A stretch of 64,000 nt of DNA from Candidatus Aminicenantales bacterium (lineage in GTDB: Bacteria; Acidobacteriota; Aminicenantia; Aminicenantales; UBA4085): contig JBEKTZ010000001.1 of assembly GCA_049515535.1 (NCBI GenBank), positions 144,599 to 208,598 of the forward strand, in the 5' to 3' direction. The position numbers and the translations under genes were made by a program. How positions within the stretch are numbered: the stretch's first letter is position 1; each line of letters starts with the position of its first letter. Positions 52,088-60,850 of this stretch are shown in pieces. The notes beneath the pieces are model-generated. The model did not search any database. It saw only the letters and a program-made list of their open reading frames with translations, and had not been told where the DNA came from.

Positions 52088-52933
52088 TCAGGTCTCTGTC
52101 CACAACCCGGGGTGCTCAAGAATGAAGCGGACGACCTGGAGGTGGAGGCGATGGCCGGCTTTGCAGGCCGTGAAGCGGCCGATGATCGGGCGGCCGAGAA
52201 GGGCCAGGTCGCCGGCGAGGTCCAGGAGCTTATGCCGGACGAATTCGTCGGGGAAGCGGAGAGGTCCGTTCATGACGCCGGCGTCATCCAGGACCACGGT
52301 ATTCTCGAATGACGCCCCGAGGGCGAGGCTCTGACGCCGGAGCGTTTCGACGTCCCGGACGAAACCGAAGGTGCGCGCGGGCGCGATATCCCGGGCAAAA
52401 GCGGAGAGGGTGAATGGCCGTTCAAAGCGCCGGCGCCCGATGGCCGGGTTCGCAAAATCAATGGCATAGGAAAGCCGAAGGCCCGCTCCGGTCTCCGCGG
52501 GCTCGACGATCACAGATGCGCCCTTGTCCTGGATGGCAAAGGGCTTGAGGATCTTGAGCGAGGGGATTTTTTGAGCGAGACGGCGGGTCCCCGCCTTTTC
52601 GAGGGCCAAGGCGAAAGGAAGCGCGCTCCCGTCCATGATCGGAATTTCATCGGCGTCGATCTCGACATCCAGGCTGTTGATGCCGAAGGCAAAGAGCGAG
52701 GCCAAAAGGTGTTCGACGGTCCGGACATTGAACTTATCCCCGACAAGCGTGGTGCCGTTGAATGACTGGACGCGGCCCGGATCGATCCGCAATTCGAGGT
52801 TTCCGAGATCCGTCCGCCGGAAAATGATCTCGCCGGCCTCGGAAGGCAAAAGGGCCAGCCGGACGGGCTTTCCCGAATGGACTCCGGTTCCCGAGAGTCG
52901 AATATCCTTGAGGATTGTCTTTTTATGGGTCAT
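52088..52933 (-). CDS. lpxC: UDP-3-O-acyl-GlcNAc deacetylase
   Basis: GVHSG, TVEHLL, EIPIMDGSA, APARTFGF, HKLLDLAGD, KAGH. Confidence 0.96.
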   Translation of the reverse strand: MTHKKTILKDIRLSGTGVHSGKPVRLALLPSEAGEIIFRRTDLGNLELRIDPGRVQSFNGTTLVGDKFNVRTVEHLLASLFAFGINSLDVEIDADEIPIMDGSALPFALALEKAGTRRLAQKIPSLKILKPFAIQDKGASVIVEPAETGAGLRLSYAIDFANPAIGRRRFERPFTLSAFARDIAPARTFGFVRDVETLRRQSLALGASFENTVVLDDAGVMNGPLRFPDEFVRHKLLDLAGDLALLGRPIIGRFTACKAGHRLHLQVVRFILEHPGLWTET

Positions 52934-52991
52934 AGCATATCGGCCGCTTGTATTTTACCTCAAATCCGGCTTTTTATGGTAAAATCCCGGC

Positions 52992-53735
52992 ATGAAATCG
53001 CAGCTTGAATCCATTTTGAAAAAAGTCCAGGCCGGGCGGCTCTCGGCCGAAGAGGCCCTCGAGTCCCTGAAAGATTATCCCTATCAAGACCTGGCCTTCG
53101 CCAAGATCGATCATCACCGGGAATTGAGAAAAGGGTTTCCCGAGATCATTTACGGGCTGGGAAAAACGGACGGGCAGATCCTGAATATCGCCAAGGAAAT
53201 CGTCAAAAAGGGCAGCAGCTTGCTGATCACCCGCGTCGAAGCGGCGGCCTACAAAAAGATCAAAAAGGCCATTCCAAAAGCCGGATATAACGCGCAGGCC
53301 AGGACGATTTTCCTCAAACAGCGCCCTCCCCTGCCGGGAAAAGGCAAGATCGTCATCCTGACGGCCGGGACAGCGGACATTCCGGTCGCCGAAGAGGCTT
53401 ATGTGACGTGCGATATGCTCGGAAACGATACCGAGCGCGTCTACGACGTCGGCGTCGCCGGACTCCACCGATTGCTGGGCGAATACGACAAGTTCAAACA
53501 AGCCAGAATCATCATCACCATCGCGGGAATGGAAGGCGCTTTGCCCAGCGTCGTCGCCGGCCTGGTCGCTGTCCCGGTGATCGCCGTGCCGACGAGCATC
53601 GGCTACGGGGCCAGTTTCAAAGGGCTGGCCGCCCTCCTGGCCATGCTCAATTCCTGTCCGGGCGGCGTGGGCGTCGTCAACATCGACAACGGGTTCGGGG
53701 CGGCCTACCTCGCCAGCCTCATCAACCACTCGTAA
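52992..53735 (+). CDS. larB: Nickel-pincer cofactor biosynthesis protein LarB (PurE-like)
   Basis: DHHRELRKGFPE, AGTAD, DVGVAGLHRL, AGMEGALPS, PTSIGYG, VNIDNGFGA. Confidence 0.93.
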   Translation: MKSQLESILKKVQAGRLSAEEALESLKDYPYQDLAFAKIDHHRELRKGFPEIIYGLGKTDGQILNIAKEIVKKGSSLLITRVEAAAYKKIKKAIPKAGYNAQARTIFLKQRPPLPGKGKIVILTAGTADIPVAEEAYVTCDMLGNDTERVYDVGVAGLHRLLGEYDKFKQARIIITIAGMEGALPSVVAGLVAVPVIAVPTSIGYGASFKGLAALLAMLNSCPGGVGVVNIDNGFGAAYLASLINHS

Positions 53736-53770
53736 AGGGAAGAAAACCTCGATATTTTTTCGCGATTTCC

Positions 53771-53799
53771 TTGACAAACCGCCCCACTGACCTTATATT
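53771..53799 (+). promoter_or_regulatory. dnaG-rpoD promoter
   Basis: TTGACA-17-TATATT upstream of dnaG. Confidence 0.7.
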
Positions 53800-53836
53800 T
53801 AATAAAACCTTGCGTTAATCCCAGAAATCCAAAATT

Positions 53837-55561
53837 ATGGAAATTATCGACCAAATTCGGCAAGTTGCCAATATCACGGAGATTGCGTCCCAGTACACAT
53901 CGCTCAGGCAACGGGGCAGGAAACACGTCGGGCTCTGTCCTTTTCACGCCGAAAAGACCCCTTCTTTCACCGTGGATTCGGAAAAGGGGCTCTTCCACTG
54001 TTTCGGCTGCGGTATCGGCGGCGATGTCTTTTCCCTGGTCATGGAAAAGGAGAATATGAGCTTTCCCGAGGCCTTGAAGTATCTCGCCGAGAAATACAAC
54101 ATTCCTCTCCCCGAGCAAAGGAAGATCTCGCCCCAGGCGCTTAAGCTCGAAGAGCAGATCCTGAAAATCAACGAGTCCGCCCTGGCTTTTTTCAAGAAAA
54201 ACCTCTTCAACACCCAGGAAGGCAAGACCGCCCTCGAGTACCTGAAAAAGCGCCAGATCCCGGACCAGATCATCCAGGATTTCAAGATCGGCTATGCCAT
54301 GAACTCCTGGGACTCCCTTTCCGTATTTTTTAACAGCAAGGGCGTCTTGCCCGGACTCCTCGAAAAGGCGGGGCTCGCCGCCCCGGGCCGAAAAGCCGGA
54401 GAATTTTATGACCGCTTCAGGGGCCGCCTCATCTTCCCCATATTCAGCCTCACCGGCAAGGTCGTCGGCTTCGGCGGCCGGACGCTTTTCAACCAGGAAC
54501 CGAAATACCTGAACTCTCCCGACACGCCGATCTACTCCAAAGGACAGCTCCTTTACGGACTCAACTTCAGCAAGGATTCCATCCGCAACGCGGGCGAGGC
54601 CATCCTGGTCGAAGGCTACACAGACTTCATCTCTCTGTTTCAGTCCGGTCTGACAAACGTCGTCGCCTCTTTGGGAACCGCGCTTACCCCCCATCAGATC
54701 GGATTGGCCCAGAGGTTCGCGCCGAAGATTCTCATCAACTACGACGGCGATACGGCTGGCCGGACCGCAGCCTTTCGCGCCGTCCCGCTCTGCCTGGAAA
54801 GGGGCCTGGAGACGCGCGTCGTTGTCTTACCCACGGACCTCGACCCGGATGGATTCATCAAGGAACACGGCAAGGACGAGTACGTCCAGCTCATGAATTC
54901 CGCCGTTCCCGGCCTCAAATTCGCCATCGATTTTTCGGTCGAAGGCAAGCGGATGAACGTCCCGGAGGTCAAAACGAAGGTCCTGCGCGGCATCCTGGCC
55001 ATTATCGACAACATCCCGGATTCCATCGTCCGGAGCGAATACCTCAGGCAGGCGGCCGAGTTTCTCGCCGTCGAAGAGAGCGTTCTTCGCGGACTCGCGG
55101 AACGGAAGCCGGCCGGGACCGAGCCCGAGGCGAAAGATTCCTTCCTCCATGCCGAAAGACGGCTACTCCAGATTCTGATCGAGAACAAGGAGCTCCGCCC
55201 GTATATTTTCGCCGAGGTCCGCGATGAAGATTTTAAGGGCTTGAAAAGTGAGCCGGTTTTTAGGATAATATTAAGTTGTTTTAAAAACGAAAAGGACCTC
55301 AATTTCCACGATTTACAAAAAGAGATCGGCCCCTCTCTCGCCACGCCTCTTTCCCTGGCCCTCCTCGAGAAGGGAGATCCGCCGACCGTCGAGGAAGCGC
55401 TCGACTGTTTGTGCGCCCTTCAGCGGACCTGCAAGGAAGTCGAGCTGAGAAGGATCCAGGCCGAGTTGGCCCGCGAGGAAAAGAAAGGCGACCAGGCGAA
55501 AGTCCAGTCGCTGCTGTCCCTTAAACAGGACCTGACGAAACAGATCATGGCCTTGAAATAA
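53837..55561 (+). CDS. dnaG: DNA primase
   Basis: CPFH...CFGC zinc finger, DRFRGR, KYLNSPDT, VEGY.D, YDGD.AG, DPD. Confidence 0.98.
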   Translation: MEIIDQIRQVANITEIASQYTSLRQRGRKHVGLCPFHAEKTPSFTVDSEKGLFHCFGCGIGGDVFSLVMEKENMSFPEALKYLAEKYNIPLPEQRKISPQALKLEEQILKINESALAFFKKNLFNTQEGKTALEYLKKRQIPDQIIQDFKIGYAMNSWDSLSVFFNSKGVLPGLLEKAGLAAPGRKAGEFYDRFRGRLIFPIFSLTGKVVGFGGRTLFNQEPKYLNSPDTPIYSKGQLLYGLNFSKDSIRNAGEAILVEGYTDFISLFQSGLTNVVASLGTALTPHQIGLAQRFAPKILINYDGDTAGRTAAFRAVPLCLERGLETRVVVLPTDLDPDGFIKEHGKDEYVQLMNSAVPGLKFAIDFSVEGKRMNVPEVKTKVLRGILAIIDNIPDSIVRSEYLRQAAEFLAVEESVLRGLAERKPAGTEPEAKDSFLHAERRLLQILIENKELRPYIFAEVRDEDFKGLKSEPVFRIILSCFKNEKDLNFHDLQKEIGPSLATPLSLALLEKGDPPTVEEALDCLCALQRTCKEVELRRIQAELAREEKKGDQAKVQSLLSLKQDLTKQIMALK

Positions 55562-55635
55562 GAGGGGATGTAACGGAATGCGCCGAAAATACGTATTTAA
55601 GCATAAAGGGAAAATTCATCGGTTAGGAGCACTCG

Positions 55636-57264
<1,629 letters not shown>

Positions 57265-57361
57265 ATTGAAATAGGTAACATGATAGCGAGACGCACCTCC
57301 CTGACGGGTAATGCTGTGATAGATTACTCGTTGGAGAAAAACTTCAAAAGGAGGTGCGCGG

Positions 57362-58396
57362 ATGTATTTTATCGGTGTGGACCATCATAAGCAAGCGTCG
57401 GTCATGACGGTCTTGGACGAGGATGGTCGAGAGTTGAAGAACGGGCGAGTGTTCAATCTGAGGGAGAAGGTCGAGCGATTCTTGGAAGGGTATCATCCGT
57501 TTACGGCCGTTCTCGAGGCTGGGCGATCGTCGTACGTGATGGCGGACCTGCTTCGGGAGCTGGGCGGCGAGGTGAAGATCGCGAATGCGCTTCAAGTGAA
57601 GGCGATTGCCCATGCCCGGATCAAGACCGACAAACGAGACTCGCGGACATTGGCCTACCTCTTGCGGGCGGATCTGATTCCGGAGATTTATCAGCGAGGA
57701 GCGGGGAACCGGCGGGCGCAACGGGTGATGCGGATGAGGACCTATTGGGTCCGCAAGCAAACGGAAGTGAAGAACAAGATCCGGGCGCTTTTGGCTCAAC
57801 AGGACGAGGAGGTCCGGGTGGAGGTTGGGAAACGGGAGGAGGGCCTGTTCAGTTTGAAAGGGCTGGAGTTCCTGACCAAGCTTCCCCTGGAGGATCCGGA
57901 CAAGATGGTCTTGGACGACCTGATCCAGGGCTATCGGGAAGTTCAGGCTCATCTCAAGAAGACAGACGGAATCGTCCGCAATCTGTATGGGGAGATCGAG
58001 GAGGCGGCGCGAATCGACAGTGTGCCGGGCTTTGCCGCGACGTTGTCGGTGTTGGTTGCGGTCGAGATCGCGGACGTCAAGCGATTTACGAGGGCGGCGG
58101 ATCTTCATTCCTATGCCGGGGTGATTCCCTCGACCTACTCATCGGGAGAACGGACGTATCACGGCCATATCACGAAACAAGGGAACGGTTGGCTGAGGTG
58201 GGCGGCTTTGGAAGCAGTTTACCCGGCGATCAAAAAAGACCTCGGGCTGCGGACCTTATACAACCGCTTGGCGCGAAGCAAAGGAGCGAATGTGGCGAAA
58301 ATCGCGGTGGCTCGGCGATTGCTGACGATCATTTATCGCGTGCTCACCGAGAAGAGGGATTATCTTCCCGACCAGATGAAACCATCGGCTGCCTAG
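57362..58396 (+). CDS. IS110-family recombinase/transposase (DEDD)
   Basis: IGVDHHK, LEAG, KTDKRD (D-E-D-D); GVIPSTYSSG serine loop; GHITKQGNGWLRW; AKIAVARRL. Confidence 0.96.
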   Translation: MYFIGVDHHKQASVMTVLDEDGRELKNGRVFNLREKVERFLEGYHPFTAVLEAGRSSYVMADLLRELGGEVKIANALQVKAIAHARIKTDKRDSRTLAYLLRADLIPEIYQRGAGNRRAQRVMRMRTYWVRKQTEVKNKIRALLAQQDEEVRVEVGKREEGLFSLKGLEFLTKLPLEDPDKMVLDDLIQGYREVQAHLKKTDGIVRNLYGEIEEAARIDSVPGFAATLSVLVAVEIADVKRFTRAADLHSYAGVIPSTYSSGERTYHGHITKQGNGWLRWAALEAVYPAIKKDLGLRTLYNRLARSKGANVAKIAVARRLLTIIYRVLTEKRDYLPDQMKPSAA

Positions 58397-58510
58397 AATT
58401 CCCCTTAACGGGCCCGGGAGGGTCGCGTTCAGAAATAGGTTTAGGAGCCGAGATCGAATGTTATGGTGCGCATAAAGGCGCGGATAGAAGGGTGGTTCAA
58501 GAAACCGAGG
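58392..58510 (+). ncRNA. Predicted bridge/seek RNA of the IS1111-type element
   Basis: Two stem-bounded internal loops whose strands match the reconstructed target (ATTCCCCT and GAAATAGG) and the donor junction (ATGTTA and ATAGAAGG). Ends are approximate. Confidence 0.8.
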
Positions 58511-58660
58511 CAGTCATTAAGAAAGATGGAAAGAAAAGAAATGTGTCCGAGGACTTGCGTTTCGCTATCATAGAAGGGGTAATAGGTATTGTGTCTCCAT
58601 ATTTCGATTCCGCGTAATTGTTTGACTTATCAACCGGATATCTGATATAAAATAGCCCAA

Positions 58661-58732
58661 GGGCCTATAGCTCAGCGGTAGAGCTCCCGGCTCATAACCG
58701 GTCGGTCCCAGGTTCGAATCCTGGTAGGCCCA
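58661..58732 (+). tRNA. tRNA with CAT anticodon, most likely tRNA-Ile2 (lysidine); CCA not encoded
   Basis: GGGCCTA/TAGGCCC acceptor stem, CCGG-CTCATAA-CCGG anticodon arm, GGTTCGAATCC T arm. Ile2 over Met is inferred from sequence style and position after rpoD. Promoter TTGACT-18-TATAAA upstream. Confidence 0.93.
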
Positions 58733-58752
58733 TTTGACCAAGAGGAAATGAT

Positions 58753-59526
58753 GTGGAAATCGCATTTGACAAACTGATCAGGTTGCAGCATGTCGACACC
58801 GAAATAAATACGATTTCCTCTATTCTCGACGCCATACCCTCCCAGCTCGATGGGATCGATCAGCAGACCAAATCCACGGTCGAAATCATCGCCCAGGCGA
58901 AGGATAAGCTCGCCGCCAACCAGAAAAAACGAAGGGAAATGGAAGGCGAGGTCAAAGAGATCAAGACTTATATCGCCAAGTTCAAGCGCCAGCTCAACGA
59001 CGTCAAATCGAACAAGGAATACACGGCGCTTCTCAAGGAAATCGCGGAAGCCGAACACAAAACCGACAAGATCGAGGAGGACATCCTCAACGAGATGATC
59101 GGCGCCGACGACGTCGAAAAGGAAATCAAGACGGCCAACGTCAAGAAAGCCGAGGAAGAGAAACGGCTCCAAAAGGAAAAAGAGGCCATCCTCGGGAAGG
59201 AAAAGGAACTCGACGCGCAAAAGGCGGTCCTCGCCAAAGAGCGCCAGGACCTGCTCCCTCAAATCCCCCCCGATCAGCTCAGACTTTATCTCCGTATCGT
59301 ATCGAAATTGAACGGCATCGCCCTGTCAGCCGTCACCGACGATTTCTGCTCGCTCTGCCAGCTGCGCGTCCGGCCCCAGCTCGTGAACGAATTGATCGAG
59401 ATGAAAAAGATCATCATGTGCGAGGCGTGCGGGAGGATCTTGTATTGGCACAAGCCCAAGGACGAGAATATCCCCGAGGAAAAACTCGACAACCCCGATA
59501 AAGCGGACGATTCCAGCGCGGGCTAA
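58753..59526 (+). CDS. Coiled-coil protein with C4 zinc ribbon (DUF164/CT398-like)
   Basis: LIRLQ.VD, long coiled coil, SNKEY.AL.KEI, CSLC...CEACGRILY. Confidence 0.9.
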   Translation: MEIAFDKLIRLQHVDTEINTISSILDAIPSQLDGIDQQTKSTVEIIAQAKDKLAANQKKRREMEGEVKEIKTYIAKFKRQLNDVKSNKEYTALLKEIAEAEHKTDKIEEDILNEMIGADDVEKEIKTANVKKAEEEKRLQKEKEAILGKEKELDAQKAVLAKERQDLLPQIPPDQLRLYLRIVSKLNGIALSAVTDDFCSLCQLRVRPQLVNELIEMKKIIMCEACGRILYWHKPKDENIPEEKLDNPDKADDSSAG

Positions 59527-59676
59527 GCCCTCCCCCGTATTTTGGTGACAGATAACCCATTACCTAAATATGGATCGGCCGAAGAATTCGACAACATCAA
59601 GGAGGGCTGATTATTAATCGGCGTTCTATCCTCTTGAGCTCCACTGCATAGCAGGCTGAACTCCTTCCTTTGATGC

Positions 59677-59838
59677 CTAAAGATCAAGAGCGAATCTGAT
59701 CGCTTCATCGATCAGGTTGAGTTTCTCCGGATCGAGTGACGCGATTCTCGAGACGAGAAGTTCTTTCCTGATGGTAGCGAGCGTATCGAGGTTAGCGACG
59801 CACTTTTTGGGCAGTCCGTCCTCGGGGCCGAGAGGGAC
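59677..59838 (-). pseudogene. mazF: C-terminal fragment of a MazF/PemK toxin
   Basis: VPLGPEDGLPKKCVANLDTLATIRKELL...LIDEAIRFALDL with no start codon and no N-terminal RP motif region. Confidence 0.8.
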
Positions 59839-60089
59839 TAGCCGGAAAAGGAATCGACCGAAGCCTTCTCCCAGGCTTCGCTGTGTCCGGGAGTCTCGGG
59901 CATCCTCTGATAGCCTTCCACGTAGATGCGGGCGTTCTTTTCCTTTCTTTTCGTCTCTTTCCATAGACGCATAGCCTCGAGGATAAACCCGCTCCGGCTT
60001 AGTCCCCTTTTCTTACGGATGGACTCAAGATCCTGGAATTCTCTGGCGGGGAGACTGATCGTGAATTTCGTAGAATGATTCATGGCCAT
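59838..60089 (-). CDS. Ribbon-helix-helix (CopG/MazE-type) antitoxin
   Basis: KFTISLP...GLSRSGFILEA...YVEGYQRMPE; lies directly upstream of the toxin fragment. Confidence 0.8.
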   Translation of the reverse strand: MAMNHSTKFTISLPAREFQDLESIRKKRGLSRSGFILEAMRLWKETKRKEKNARIYVEGYQRMPETPGHSEAWEKASVDSFSG

Positions 60090-60108
60090 GCTCCTGGTAT
60101 TACTATAT

Positions 60109-60146
60109 TCATACTATAGTATGACCAGCAATATTTTTTTTGTCAA
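60109..60146 (-). promoter_or_regulatory. TA promoter with palindromic operator
   Basis: TTGACA (60141-46)-17-CATACT; the -10 lies inside the perfect palindrome TCATACTATAGTATGA (60109-24). Confidence 0.75.
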
Positions 60147-60196
60147 CGAAAATATCGAGATGCTTCTCTTCGCCCAGGATTACATTGATATGACGG

Positions 60197-60424
60197 TTAA
60201 GCGCCTTCAATATTCTCAAGATATCCGGTCAATTCGGTGCCGCGCCAATCGCAGTCCAAGCAGGAATAAAACCTGATGCCGAGGAGCTTTCGCGGGATAA
60301 TTTCAAAACGCCGCGCGTCAAGGGACGAGCCTTCGCGGCGGAAGTGGACCCCCGGGTAAAGCCCGGGGCCCCGGCCGCCGTGAACCCGAAGGATTTCAGA
60401 GCTGCCGCACAGAGGGCATATCAT
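60197..60424 (-). CDS. Small zinc-ribbon protein carrying an in-frame 21-codon repeat insertion
   Basis: CPLC and CLDC pairs; GAGGAGG RBS; the insert encodes GGRGPGLYPGVHFRREGSSLD. Confidence 0.75.
   Translation of the reverse strand: MICPLCGSSEILRVHGGRGPGLYPGVHFRREGSSLDARRFEIIPRKLLGIRFYSCLDCDWRGTELTGYLENIEGA
60316..60381 (+). repeat. 63-bp palindromic element, short form, in frame within the zinc-ribbon gene
   Basis: CGT direct repeats at 60316 and 60379; differs from the 33290 copy at one internal base. Confidence 0.92.
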
Positions 60425-60501
60425 GGCTCCCTCCTCTCCCTTCGAGGGTCGCCTCTATGGGACCCTATAACTGCGAATTAAGGCAATAGGAATTGCGCCT
60501 T

Positions 60502-60616
60502 CCTTCTATGATGGCGAAACGCAAGCCCCTTTTTCTTTCTTTTATTCTTCACCGCTGCCTCGGTCTTTTGAACCACCCTTCTATCCGCGCCTAGAAGCGC
60601 ACCGTAGCATTCGGCT
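60502..60616 (-). mobile_element. Orphan right end of a sibling IS1111-type element (donor loop, IR and core)
   Basis: Minus strand CGAATGCTACGGTGCGC...GGCGCGGATAGAAGGGTGGTTCAA...CCGAGGCAG...CTTGCGTTTCGCCATCATAGAAGG is colinear with 58455-58577. Confidence 0.88.
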
Positions 60617-60812
60617 GAGATGTTAGCGGAAATTAGCCCTCTAAGTGGTTCGAAAAATGGGGGTCATGACCGTGCGGGGAGATATTGGAAGATGGATATT
60701 TCGTCCGGACAGTCGAAGACCGGATGACTCGGGACGTGATCGAAAGATACATCGCTCAGCATCGAGACCTCGAGCAAGGGCCTGTGCAGCTTGTCTTAAA
60801 GCTGCGCTCTTG

Positions 60813-60850
60813 GATGTTACCTTAATTACAAGATGTTACCTTAATTACAA
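60813..60850. repeat. Perfect 19-bp tandem duplication
   Basis: GATGTTACCTTAATTACAA twice. Confidence 0.9.

Larger units (their letters stand above)
57273..58577 (+). mobile_element. IS110-superfamily element of the IS1111 type
   Basis: Sub-terminal inverted repeats ATGATAGCGAGACGCA (57280-95) and TGCGTTTCGCTATCAT (58556-71), 15/16 match; AGG core at both boundaries; transposase followed by a long right non-coding end. Confidence 0.92.

Noticed and set aside
57270..58588. 8-bp direct repeat AATAGGTA (57270-77 and 58581-88) as a target-site duplication
   Set aside because: IS110-family elements do not make such duplications. The IR geometry, the 17-nt junction promoter and the divergence point of the sibling end all place the boundary at the AGG core.
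60621..60671. Possible IS terminus (...AAGTGGTTCGAAAAATGGGGGTCATGACC) next to the orphan bridge-RNA end
   Set aside because: It resembles an IS end, but there is no partner repeat or transposase in the window, so it cannot be assigned without a database search.
60813..60850. 19-bp repeats as a CRISPR array or transposase-binding sites
   Set aside because: Only two abutting copies, no spacers, no cas or tns genes.
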